In this document: piece after piece, positions 1 through 7,579 of the stretch
Layout: each line of letters begins with the position of its first letter
How positions within the stretch are numbered: position 1 is the stretch's first letter
DNA from: Sphingomicrobium sp.
GTDB taxonomy: Bacteria; Pseudomonadota; Alphaproteobacteria; Sphingomonadales; Sphingomonadaceae
DNA: 54,030 nucleotides
NCBI GenBank assembly: GCA_040006255.1
Contig: JBDTXI010000142.1
Location: forward strand, 1 to 54,030
Direction of reading: 5' to 3'
Notes under the pieces: model-generated
Database searches by the model: none
Seen by the model: only the letters and a program-made list of their open reading frames with translations
What the model was told of the DNA's origin: nothing
Position numbers and translations under genes: made by a program

Positions 1-2
1 GC

Positions 3-341
3 ATGAGCCCCAAGGAGATCAAGAAGTACATCCGCTACATCGCCGACTGGCGGCTCGGGCAGCTCGGTTTCGCGCCGATCTACATGGTCGACGAGCACCC
101 GCTGCCGTGGCTCGCGCCGATGCTCAACGGAGTCGAGCACGCCAACTTCTTCGAAACCCGCGCGACGGAATATTCGAAGGCGGCGACGCGCGGGAACTGG
201 GGCGAGGTGTGGGACAGCTTCGACCGCCGGCAGAAGGCGAAGGGGGCGGCCGAAGCGGCGAATGACCCGGCGCAGTCGGCGGAGGCTTCAGCGCAGCCCG
301 ATGGCGATATGTTCAGCGCTGCTGGGGTGGCGGCGGAGTGA
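3..341 (+). CDS. nrdB: Ribonucleotide-diphosphate reductase beta subunit, C-terminal part (5' end outside window)
   Basis: KKYIRYIADWRLGQLG...PLPWL...EHANFFETRATEYSK is the class I RNR beta C-terminus. Confidence 0.92.
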   Translation: MSPKEIKKYIRYIADWRLGQLGFAPIYMVDEHPLPWLAPMLNGVEHANFFETRATEYSKAATRGNWGEVWDSFDRRQKAKGAAEAANDPAQSAEASAQPDGDMFSAAGVAAE

Positions 342-353
342 CAGCAACGCAAA

Positions 354-671
354 ATGCGCTGCCTGTCGGAGCGACCGCAGAATAGTATGTTATCGCCATT
401 TGACCGTTTTCGACCGAAGCGAAAGAGCAACGGCCTAGCAAAATACCTGTACCTGACCGATAAGCAGCTCATTTATAGACATATTTCCAATTTGGAGAAC
501 GCGCCCGTCGAAAGCAGGCTGAACGTATTCTACAAGCAACTAGAAGCGCTTCGGCCAGAGCGGAACTCGGCATATTTCCAGTATGCAATTGCCTTCGGTG
601 CGTCAGACCGCCGGAGTAGTATCACAGCCGATGGCCGGCGCGCGCATCGTCGATCACGGCGCAACTCGTGA
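354..671 (+). CDS. Hypothetical protein in an AT-richer patch; possibly a frameshifted remnant
   Basis: ORF with no recognisable motif; an overlapping frame at 583-744 also looks protein-like. Confidence 0.25.
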   Translation: MRCLSERPQNSMLSPFDRFRPKRKSNGLAKYLYLTDKQLIYRHISNLENAPVESRLNVFYKQLEALRPERNSAYFQYAIAFGASDRRSSITADGRRAHRRSRRNS

Positions 672-865
672 AGTCTTCGTTGGTGCTCTGCACACTGGAG
701 GATGGAGGGAAAAAGTTAGCGCTCGAGTTCAACGGTGCATCTAATTCAGGATGAATTGGCACCAACTCCGCCGCCCGCTCCCACATTGCCGCCCACACCC
801 GCACCAACCATCGCTACCCCCCCTCCACCATGTACCATGCCCCCTCCAACCGCAGGGGGCCTGCC

Positions 866-1087
866 ATGTCGAAGAAAGCGCGCGCAGTGATCGGGATCGG
901 CTTGGCCGAGTTGCTGCTCGCCGGACCGTGGTTCTATCTCGCCAACTCCGGCGCGAACCATCCCGAGCGCGTCGCGCCCGGGTTCCAGCGCACCGTCGGC
1001 TCGACCATGGGCGCCGCCATGGGCGCCCTCCTCGGCCTCGGCCTGGTGCTCTTCCTCATCGCCGCGAGGAGAGATCGTCAGGGTTAG
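866..1087 (+). CDS. Small two-TM membrane protein
   Basis: MSKKARAVIGIGLAELLLAG...GAAMGALLGLGLVLFLIAARR, with a purine-rich RBS (AGGGG) upstream. Confidence 0.65.
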   Translation: MSKKARAVIGIGLAELLLAGPWFYLANSGANHPERVAPGFQRTVGSTMGAAMGALLGLGLVLFLIAARRDRQG

Positions 1088-1097
1088 CTGTTCGCGC

Positions 1098-1159
1098 CTC
1101 GCGCCTTCGCGTGAACCAATTCTCTTCATCGCTTCCTGATCTTCGTGCCTTCGTGTGAA
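1098..1159. repeat. Two short intergenic direct repeats (CTCGCGCCTTCGCGTGAA / CTTCGTGCCTTCGTGTGAA)
   Basis: Copies at 1098-1115 and 1141-1159, between convergent genes. Confidence 0.4.
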
Positions 1160-1237
1160 AGCAAAACGTCCGCGCTTCGCCGTCTCTACGTGCTGGCTCC
1201 CGATTGCTTGCGCAATCGCTCACCTACGCTCGGCGGC

Positions 1238-1816
1238 TCAGCTGCACCAATCCTGCGGCGTACCCTCGGACGTGCGCACGACGCCCGCGTCCACCATCGC
1301 ATCGCCGACATCCGCCCCGCCGACCTGCACCTTGCGCACCTCGCGCCCTGACCCGTCGCGGAACGCCCCGCCGACCGTCACCCGGCCGCCGTTGAGCATT
1401 TCGGACAGCCGCACGGCGGCGTCGATGCCGCGGCTGCGCTCGGCTTCGCAGCGCGCGTCCTGGATCGAGGGGGCGTCGACGCCGGCGATCGCGAGCTTGC
1501 GCCCACCGACGCGCATGGTCCCGCCGTCGATCACGCAATTGGGCCCGCTGTTGTAGCATTGGCCGAAGCGCGCGGCGCGCGCCGCCGCCGCCGGATCGTC
1601 GTGGAAGATCGTCGCCGCGCTGATGCCGACCGCCAGCACAACCAGCGCGCCGGCGAACACCAACACGCCGGCGACCCCGCCCCACACTTCGCGCTCGCTC
1701 GAAATGGCGGCGACTTTGGCGAGGCTGACTTGGGGCTCGATGCGCACCGGATCGCGCCTGATGCGCGAGGGGCGCGGCGCGACGCGCTTGCGCGGAGGTT
1801 GAAAAAGCTTGCTCAC
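1238..1816 (-). CDS. Thermonuclease (SNase)-family protein with N-terminal TM segment; active site degenerate
   Basis: CVIDGGT...LAIAGVDAPS...C..E...DVGDAMVDAG; paralog of 2137-2775. Confidence 0.8.
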   Translation of the reverse strand: MSKLFQPPRKRVAPRPSRIRRDPVRIEPQVSLAKVAAISSEREVWGGVAGVLVFAGALVVLAVGISAATIFHDDPAAAARAARFGQCYNSGPNCVIDGGTMRVGGRKLAIAGVDAPSIQDARCEAERSRGIDAAVRLSEMLNGGRVTVGGAFRDGSGREVRKVQVGGADVGDAMVDAGVVRTSEGTPQDWCS

Positions 1817-1934
1817 GCGGCAACACTAACGCGCAGGCCTTACCGCCGAGTTAGCAGCCATGAACCACCGAATCGCGGGCACGCCCACGCCAAGCGTCGC
1901 CAGAGCAGCGCGTAGCGATGGCGAGCGCCAATCG

Positions 1935-2072
1935 TCATGGAGCGAAGATGTCGCGCGGGCCGGCCACCTGGTAGATGACGACCGCCGCTCCGACGCAGCA
2001 GGCCGCGATCAGCACCACGCCAGCCGTCGCCCCGGCCGGCCACGGCGCGCGCCGGGTCGGCTCCGCTGGCAC
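1935..2072 (-). CDS. Putative 45-aa single-TM peptide
   Basis: GTG start; hydrophobic stretch GVVLIAACCVGAAVVIY fills the gap between the two nuclease genes. Confidence 0.3.
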   Translation of the reverse strand: MPAEPTRRAPWPAGATAGVVLIAACCVGAAVVIYQVAGPRDIFAP

Positions 2073-2136
2073 ATTGCGATCGATCTCGCCGCGCGGGTTC
2101 CAGTGTCTGCTCACCGGGCGGAAGACGGTGCAGGAA

Positions 2137-2775
2137 TCAGCACCACGGCCTGCGCCCGCCGGCATAGTCCCGGGCGACTCCGGCGCCGACCATCGCCTCG
2201 CCGACGTCCGCGCCGTTGACCGCGACATTGCGCAGCAGCCGGCCGTAGACGTCGCGGTCGCGGTCGATGGCGGTCATCGTCACCGCGCCGCTGTTGAGCA
2301 GCGCATGCAGCCGCTGCGTCGCGGCATTGCCGAGCCGCGCTTCGCTGGCGCAGCGCGAGGGATGCGTTTCGGGGGCGTCGATGCCGGCGATGCGCACCTT
2401 TTCGCCCCGGATCCAGAAGGTGTCGCCGTCGACCACGCAATTGCTCCCGCCGCCGGCGTAGCAATAGCCGAAGCTGGCCCGCATCCCCTCGGCATCGCCA
2501 GCCGCCGAAGGCGCCGATCCGGCCCCATCGAACGCTCGAGCCCGCTGCTCCCACGCAACGTCCTCGGGGTCCGGCGTGCGCGTCGGCACCGCTTGCACCG
2601 CATTCCATTCGATTCCGCTCGCCGCGCCAACGTCGCCCGCGTTGCGGCCCGACCAGCCGAGCATCATCCCCGCTGTCAGCCCGACCAACACCGCGCCGAT
2701 CACCACCGGCAGCGCACTCGGCGCCGAAGCGGATCGCGTGCGGAAACTGTCGTCGGGGGGCCAATGCTTGCTCAT
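2137..2775 (-). CDS. Thermonuclease (SNase)-family protein
   Basis: VVDGDT...VRIAGIDAPE...DVYGRLL: intact SNase motifs; N-terminal TM segment. Confidence 0.9.
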   Translation of the reverse strand: MSKHWPPDDSFRTRSASAPSALPVVIGAVLVGLTAGMMLGWSGRNAGDVGAASGIEWNAVQAVPTRTPDPEDVAWEQRARAFDGAGSAPSAAGDAEGMRASFGYCYAGGGSNCVVDGDTFWIRGEKVRIAGIDAPETHPSRCASEARLGNAATQRLHALLNSGAVTMTAIDRDRDVYGRLLRNVAVNGADVGEAMVGAGVARDYAGGRRPWC

Positions 2776-2860
2776 GACGCGCAAGACTAACGCGACGGGC
2801 TTACCGCCCGGTTACCGGTTTACCGTCCGGCAACTGTCGGCGTGCAACAAGGAGGCCGTC

Positions 2861-3115
2861 ATGCGCGCGAAAGATATCCTTCTGCCGGCGGCTATATTGG
2901 GCGGACTGGCGAGTTACGCCTGGGCGTCGCTCCCGCGCGCGGTCTTCATATCGCCCACGGACCGCATGAAGATCGAGCAGAGCGTCTATTATTCAGGCTG
3001 CGACGAGGCGCGCGCCGCTGGAAAGGCGCCGATCCAGGCCGGCCAGCCCGGCTATCGCGAGGGCCTCGACGGCGACGGAGACGGCATCGCCTGCGAACCC
3101 ATCCGCACCTACTGA
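2861..3115 (+). CDS. Excalibur calcium-binding domain protein
   Basis: YYSGCDEARAAGKAPIQAGQPGYREGLDGDGDGIACE; AGGAGG RBS before ATG 2861. Confidence 0.92.
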   Translation: MRAKDILLPAAILGGLASYAWASLPRAVFISPTDRMKIEQSVYYSGCDEARAAGKAPIQAGQPGYREGLDGDGDGIACEPIRTY

Positions 3116-3143
3116 TTTGGTTGCGATTTCGGGCAGGCGCGGC

Positions 3144-3241
3144 TGGTGGAGCTGAGGTCCGCCGAACAAGTCGACGTATTATATTGATCTTATTGCATTC
3201 TACGCGATCATGATACTGCTGTCCCAACATACGTCCCAACA
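3144..3241 (-). mobile_element. Probable att junction of a tRNA-Ala-integrated island: tRNA 3'-end copy plus arm-type direct repeat
   Basis: TGGTGGAGCTGAGG (3144-3157) is the reverse complement of CCTCAGCTCCACCA; an AT-rich stretch follows, then GTCCCAACA-TAC-GTCCCAACA (3221-3241). Confidence 0.65.
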
Positions 3242-3279
3242 GTTCGTGCCTGCGCGACCGCCCTTCGCGTGGCGGCGCT

Positions 3280-3309
3280 AATGTCTGCTTTCGACCCAAA
3301 GCGGACATT
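3280..3309 (+). repeat. 30-bp 12-6-12 site, copy 1
   Basis: AATGTCTGCTTT-CGACCC-AAAGCGGACATT; dyad extends to GCGCT/AGCGC. Confidence 0.9.
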
Positions 3310-3332
3310 AGCGCTGTATCCGCCGGCGGCGA

Positions 3333-3473
3333 GGCAGCAACGTATCTGTACCGCAGCCGGCGACTGTACCCGCACCGGCGACCTGGGCCATGATGCTCGT
3401 CGGTATTGGAGCCGTTGGCTATTCCATGCGCTTCGCCCAGGGGAAGCGCAGGGCGCCCCGCGCGACGGCCTAG
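3333..3473 (+). pseudogene. Orphan C-terminus of a PEPxxWA-CTERM-type surface protein
   Basis: Manual translation GSNVSVPQPATVPAPATWAMMLVGIGAVGYSMRFAQGKRR...*; in-frame stop at 3309-3311 and no start codon upstream of the motif. Confidence 0.7.
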
Positions 3474-3514
3474 TTTGCGTTCCGCCGCCGACCGAAACGA
3501 CATCGGCGGCGCCT

Positions 3515-3545
3515 CAGGTCTGCTTTCGATCCAAAAGCAGACATT
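3515..3545 (+). repeat. 30-bp site, copy 2 (one extra A)
   Basis: CAGGTCTGCTTT-CGATCC-AAAAGCAGACATT. Confidence 0.8.
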
Positions 3546-3574
3546 GCTTAGGATCGACGGGCCCGAAAGGAGGG

Positions 3575-4375
3575 TCAAGCCGCTTCCGCACGCCGATCCG
3601 AGGCTTGCGGGCACGGACCATAACTCGCGGCCCGCGCCGGCGGGTCGACATGGCGGTGAACCGGCACGCGCTTGATGCTCAAGCGCCCGGCTTCCCACAA
3701 AATTCCCGCCACGACCTTCCAGCTCATCAGGGGGTACGCAAGCATTGCGCGCACGAGCGTCGCGTCGCTCAATGCTCGGCGTGTGCCGGTCTGCAGGGCG
3801 ACAAGGATCGGGCCGTTGGCGTCGACGACATTTATGGCGATCAACAGATTCTCGGCCGGCGGCCGCACCCGAAAGCTGTAGTGCAGCCTCATTGGCAGGA
3901 AGGGCGAGACGTGGAAGCGCTTCGCGCAATTCTGGCGCACATCCGTCCCTTCACCCGCGACCGGCATGACATACGTGTGGCGCTCGCCGAAGGTGTTGCT
4001 GACTTCGTAAAGGATGGCGATTAGCCTCCCGTCGCGTCCGCGGCAGAAATAGAGGCTGATGGGGTTGAACACAAAGCCCAACACGCGCGGCATCGCCAGC
4101 AGCTCGATCGCGCCAACAGCGTTCGTCAGTCCGGCGGCCCGCACATGGCCTTCGACTTGCGTACGCAGCGGCTCGCGCGAGCCATCGCCATGGTCGCGAT
4201 CATGAAAGGCAATCAGGTTGAAGCGGTTGCGCGAAAACAGGCGCAGGCTGCGGGCGAGCCCATCGATCTCGTCGAGATCAAGCAGAAGAGAGAACAGCCG
4301 ATAGCGCAGCTGATGCAGCCTCGGCCGCAGGCGGCGGTGCATGACCTTGCCGATATAAAGTGCGGAGCGGGTCAT
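3575..4375 (-). CDS. DUF1365 family protein (UfaO-like)
   Basis: MTRSALYIGKVMHRRLRP...PRVLGFVFNPISLYFC...EVSNTFGERH...KRFHVSPF; ATGA overlap with the upstream gene. Confidence 0.9.
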   Translation of the reverse strand: MTRSALYIGKVMHRRLRPRLHQLRYRLFSLLLDLDEIDGLARSLRLFSRNRFNLIAFHDRDHGDGSREPLRTQVEGHVRAAGLTNAVGAIELLAMPRVLGFVFNPISLYFCRGRDGRLIAILYEVSNTFGERHTYVMPVAGEGTDVRQNCAKRFHVSPFLPMRLHYSFRVRPPAENLLIAINVVDANGPILVALQTGTRRALSDATLVRAMLAYPLMSWKVVAGILWEAGRLSIKRVPVHRHVDPPARAASYGPCPQASDRRAEAA

Positions 4376-5688
4376 GCCGCTCGTTGCACTTCCGGCGGAC
4401 TCAGGAAATGAATGCGCGCGGATTCGTTGGGGACATCCCACGGCCGCCGCACGCTGCCGAGTTGCTCGGCCACGGCCAAGCCGGCCTGCAGTCCGTCCTC
4501 GTGAAAGCCCGCGCCGAAATACGCGCCGCAAAACCAGGTCTGACGAACGCCCTGAAGTGCCCACAATTGATGCTGGGCGGCGCTCGCAGCGGAATCGAAC
4601 ATCGGATGATCGTACACGTTGCGGCAAAGGACCAGGTCCGGGGCAGGCGACCGGATAGGGTTTAGGGTCAGGAAGATCGGACGATCATCCACAATGCCCT
4701 GCAACTGGTTCATCCAGTATGTAACCGACAGCAGCGCAGACTGTTCGCTCGGTTCCGAGGCATAATTCCAGCTCGACCAGACCCGCCGGCGACGGGGCAT
4801 CAGGGTCGGGTCCGAATGAAGCACTGCCTCGTTTCGCCGGTAACGAAATGCGCCCAGCAGCCGGCGCTCTTGGGCGTCCGGATCGGCGAGCATGCGCAAG
4901 GCCTGGTCGGCATGGGCGGCAATAACGACATGATCGAATCGTTCGATGCCGCTCTCACTCGTTAGTTCGACGCCGCCGTTGCTCCGGCGGATGGCATGAA
5001 CCGGACAGCCGGTCCGGATTCGGTCCGCGAACGGGCGCGACAGCTTCTTGACATACTCACGGCTGCCTCCTTCGACCGTGCGCCATAGCGGGCGGCGAAC
5101 GAATTTCAGCAAACCGTGATTCTGACAGAACCGGATGAACGCGGCAGCCGGATATTCGGAAATCTTGTGGACTGGTGTCGACCAGATTGCAGCGGCCATC
5201 GGATAAAGATGGTCATCTCGGAATGCGTGCCCGCAGCCTATTCCGTCGAGATAGTCACCAAGGCTGGTCGATCCAATGGCCGACAAATCGCGCGGTGCGC
5301 GGTGATAGAATCGGGCAAGATCGCGCAGCATCGACCAGAAACGCGGCGAGGCGACGTTACGCCCCTGCGCAAACAACCCGGCAAGACTGCCGGAATATTC
5401 GAGACGCCCGCGATCAAGCGAAACCGAAAAGCTCATTTTCGAGGGTTTTGTCGCGACTCCAAGATGGTCGAACAGGGCGGTCAAATTGGGATAGGTACAC
5501 TCATTGTAGACGATGAAGCCGGTATCGACGGCATTTCCGCCGGCCTGAACGGTGTTGCTGTGCCCCCCGATCCGCCGGTCCATCTCGAACACAGTGACGC
5601 GATGGCGCCGGGACAACAGCCACGCCGCCGAAAGCCCTGAAATTCCTGTGCCGACGATGGCAATGTTAAGCTGCTGGTCAGCGCGCAA
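4372..5688 (-). CDS. FAD/NAD(P)-binding oxidoreductase (UfaD-like, cfa-cluster type)
   Basis: IAIVGTGISGL, GGHSNT, VDTGFIVYN..TYPN, GAYFGAGFHEDG. Confidence 0.9.
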   Translation of the reverse strand: MRADQQLNIAIVGTGISGLSAAWLLSRRHRVTVFEMDRRIGGHSNTVQAGGNAVDTGFIVYNECTYPNLTALFDHLGVATKPSKMSFSVSLDRGRLEYSGSLAGLFAQGRNVASPRFWSMLRDLARFYHRAPRDLSAIGSTSLGDYLDGIGCGHAFRDDHLYPMAAAIWSTPVHKISEYPAAAFIRFCQNHGLLKFVRRPLWRTVEGGSREYVKKLSRPFADRIRTGCPVHAIRRSNGGVELTSESGIERFDHVVIAAHADQALRMLADPDAQERRLLGAFRYRRNEAVLHSDPTLMPRRRRVWSSWNYASEPSEQSALLSVTYWMNQLQGIVDDRPIFLTLNPIRSPAPDLVLCRNVYDHPMFDSAASAAQHQLWALQGVRQTWFCGAYFGAGFHEDGLQAGLAVAEQLGSVRRPWDVPNESARIHFLSPPEVQRAA

Positions 5689-5741
5689 TTTTGTCTCCCG
5701 TCGGGCCGGCGCCCTTATCTGTTCGATCGTGTTGGCCTAGA

Positions 5742-5767
5742 TACGGATTGATTTGTTCATCGGATGA
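5742..5767 (-). promoter_or_regulatory. Putative RpoE(ChrR)-type ECF promoter
   Basis: Minus strand reads TCATCC-N15-CCGTA about 55 bp upstream of the oxidoreductase; resembles the TGATCC...CGTA singlet-oxygen regulon motif. Confidence 0.55.
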
Positions 5768-5814
5768 GTCCGCCGCCCTATGGTCCGGAAGCGACATGCA
5801 AAGGTAGACGGCCA

Positions 5815-6612
5815 ATGGGCCTAGTCAGTCTCCTTGCCGCCTTGGCGCTGGCGCTCTCTGCAGCGATGGCGCTCGCATGGGCAATCGTGCGCCAGCCTGG
5901 ACGTTCGGGCTGGACCGATGTCAGTTGGTCCTACGCCGTCGGGTTTGCCGGGGTGGTTGGCGCGCTCGCTCCGGTTGGAGGAGGGGTTGACCTTCGCCGC
6001 TGGCTCGTCGCCTTGCTAGTGGGCATTTGGTCGCTGCGGCTTGGCACTCACATTCTGCAGCGCACACTCAAGGGCGGCGACGACCCGCGCTATGCGGAGT
6101 TGAAGCGAGAATGGGGCGATAATTTCTCCCGCCGCTTGCTATGGTTCCTGCAGATACAGGCCGCCGCCGGGTTCCTGCTCATTCTTTCGATCGTCGTCGC
6201 CGCCCGCAACCCGGCCTCATTCCCAGCGTGGTCAGATTGGGCGGGGCTTTCAATCATGGTCCTCGCCACTGTTGGCGAGACCATTGCCGACCGACAGTTA
6301 CGTTCGTTCGCGGCTCGGGCACAGGACAGACAGGCGGTTGCGGACCGCGGTCTGTGGGGCTGGTCCCGCCATCCCAATTATTTCTTCGAATGGCTAGGCT
6401 GGTTCGCTTATGCACTCATCGCCATCGGTCCGGACGGACGCTTTGCATGGGGCTGCCTCGCGCTTAGCGGCCCGGCGTTCATTTACTGGCTCCTCGTACA
6501 CGTCTCTGGGATACCGCCTACCGAGGCGCATATGCTGCGATCGCGCGGGGAAAAGTTCCGGGACTACCAGCGGCGCGTCAACGCCTTTTTCCTTTGGCCA
6601 GGCCGTCGCTGA
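5815..6612 (+). CDS. DUF1295 (steroid 5-alpha-reductase-like) membrane protein
   Basis: WSLRLG...DDPRY...ETIADRQL...GLWGWSRHPNYFFEW...SGIPPTE. Confidence 0.9.
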   Translation: MGLVSLLAALALALSAAMALAWAIVRQPGRSGWTDVSWSYAVGFAGVVGALAPVGGGVDLRRWLVALLVGIWSLRLGTHILQRTLKGGDDPRYAELKREWGDNFSRRLLWFLQIQAAAGFLLILSIVVAARNPASFPAWSDWAGLSIMVLATVGETIADRQLRSFAARAQDRQAVADRGLWGWSRHPNYFFEWLGWFAYALIAIGPDGRFAWGCLALSGPAFIYWLLVHVSGIPPTEAHMLRSRGEKFRDYQRRVNAFFLWPGRR

Positions 6613-6633
6613 TCTGCGCTCGCTCGATGACCA

Positions 6634-7038
6634 TTACGCTGCCCCCCAGCGTGACGCATAATATCCGGCGGTTGCCGCGGCACCGGTGAGGATGGTCCCC
6701 CAGCACATGTCCGCGATCGTGACGAGTCCCGACCATTGTCTAAGCGTGGCCTGGTTAGTGAGGTCATAGGTCCCGTATGCGATCAGCCCCAGCACGAGTC
6801 CGCGGACAAGCGCAATGGTCCACTTCCCGGCAGCAAGACCGGGTACGACTGCGAGGACGACAATTCCAGCGACGTAGAGGAAATAGAACAACGCTGCCGG
6901 CGCCAGGCGGAAGCCGTCCGCAAGCATGCCGCCGAGCAACGGCCGGTAAAGCCGCTTAGCCGCGAACGAAAGCCAGGCGCCGTCGAGCACGAGCATGGCC
7001 GCTGCGGCGCCCAAATAAGCAAAGATCCAGTTGCGCAT
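6634..7038 (-). CDS. DUF2177 family membrane protein
   Basis: LDGAWL...PAALFYFLYVAG...YGTYDLTNQATLRQW...DMCWG. Confidence 0.88.
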   Translation of the reverse strand: MRNWIFAYLGAAAAMLVLDGAWLSFAAKRLYRPLLGGMLADGFRLAPAALFYFLYVAGIVVLAVVPGLAAGKWTIALVRGLVLGLIAYGTYDLTNQATLRQWSGLVTIADMCWGTILTGAAATAGYYASRWGAA

Positions 7039-7287
7039 CACGTTTCCCGGCCGATGGCTCCAAACTCTTGCGGTCACCTTTAGACTAACGCTTGGACCCG
7101 ACAATGGCCGCTTCTGATATTCGGTCAGTTGATCGAGTCTCTTCCGATGACAAGATTTGATATCGCTCGCAGGCTCGAATTCGCGACATGACCTAAAGGC
7201 CATATGTAATCAGATCGTTAGCTCTGATAATCCTTAGAATCTGCGACGAACCTAACTTTCATACAGTGTGAAAAGAGGACTGGTTTC

Positions 7288-7500
7288 ATGTCTATTGTCC
7301 TCATCCTCCTCCTGCTCGTCGCAATGTCGGCAACGGCTTACGTCCTCGTTCGCGGCGTTGTCGCAATGGCAACAGGCGGGGCCGCGCTCGCCAGCGCGCA
7401 GCAGCAACAGAACTGGATGCGCAAGCGTGTCTTGTATCAGGCGGTTGCAATAGTGCTGGTAACCCTGATCTTGGCGGTCGTCGGCGGTGCGGGCCACTAG
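7288..7500 (+). CDS. HIG1-domain twin-TM small protein
   Basis: VLVRGVVAM...NWMRKRVLYQAVAI. Confidence 0.8.
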   Translation: MSIVLILLLLVAMSATAYVLVRGVVAMATGGAALASAQQQQNWMRKRVLYQAVAIVLVTLILAVVGGAGH

Positions 7501-7579
7501 GCAATCGGCGGTCGCGCTGAACCGGCTCCCACTGCACTCGGCGTTGAACTCGAACACCTGTGAGTTCGGGGTTGGCTAT

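Noticed and set aside
760-850. Strongly C/A-skewed tract upstream of the 866 gene
   Set aside because: No regular period or second copy; treated as low-complexity intergenic DNA
3144-3157. A complete tRNA or tmRNA gene
   Set aside because: Only the last 14 nt match; no T-loop, anticodon or D arm follows. No rRNA or intact tRNA was recognised in the window
3269-4024. ORFs containing MSAFDPKRT, MSALGRKQT, MSAMGGKQT, MSAFHPLRT (also 2946-3929, 19666-19851, 19824-20108, 20193-20411)
   Set aside because: They are translations of the 30-bp site running into shadow frames of real genes
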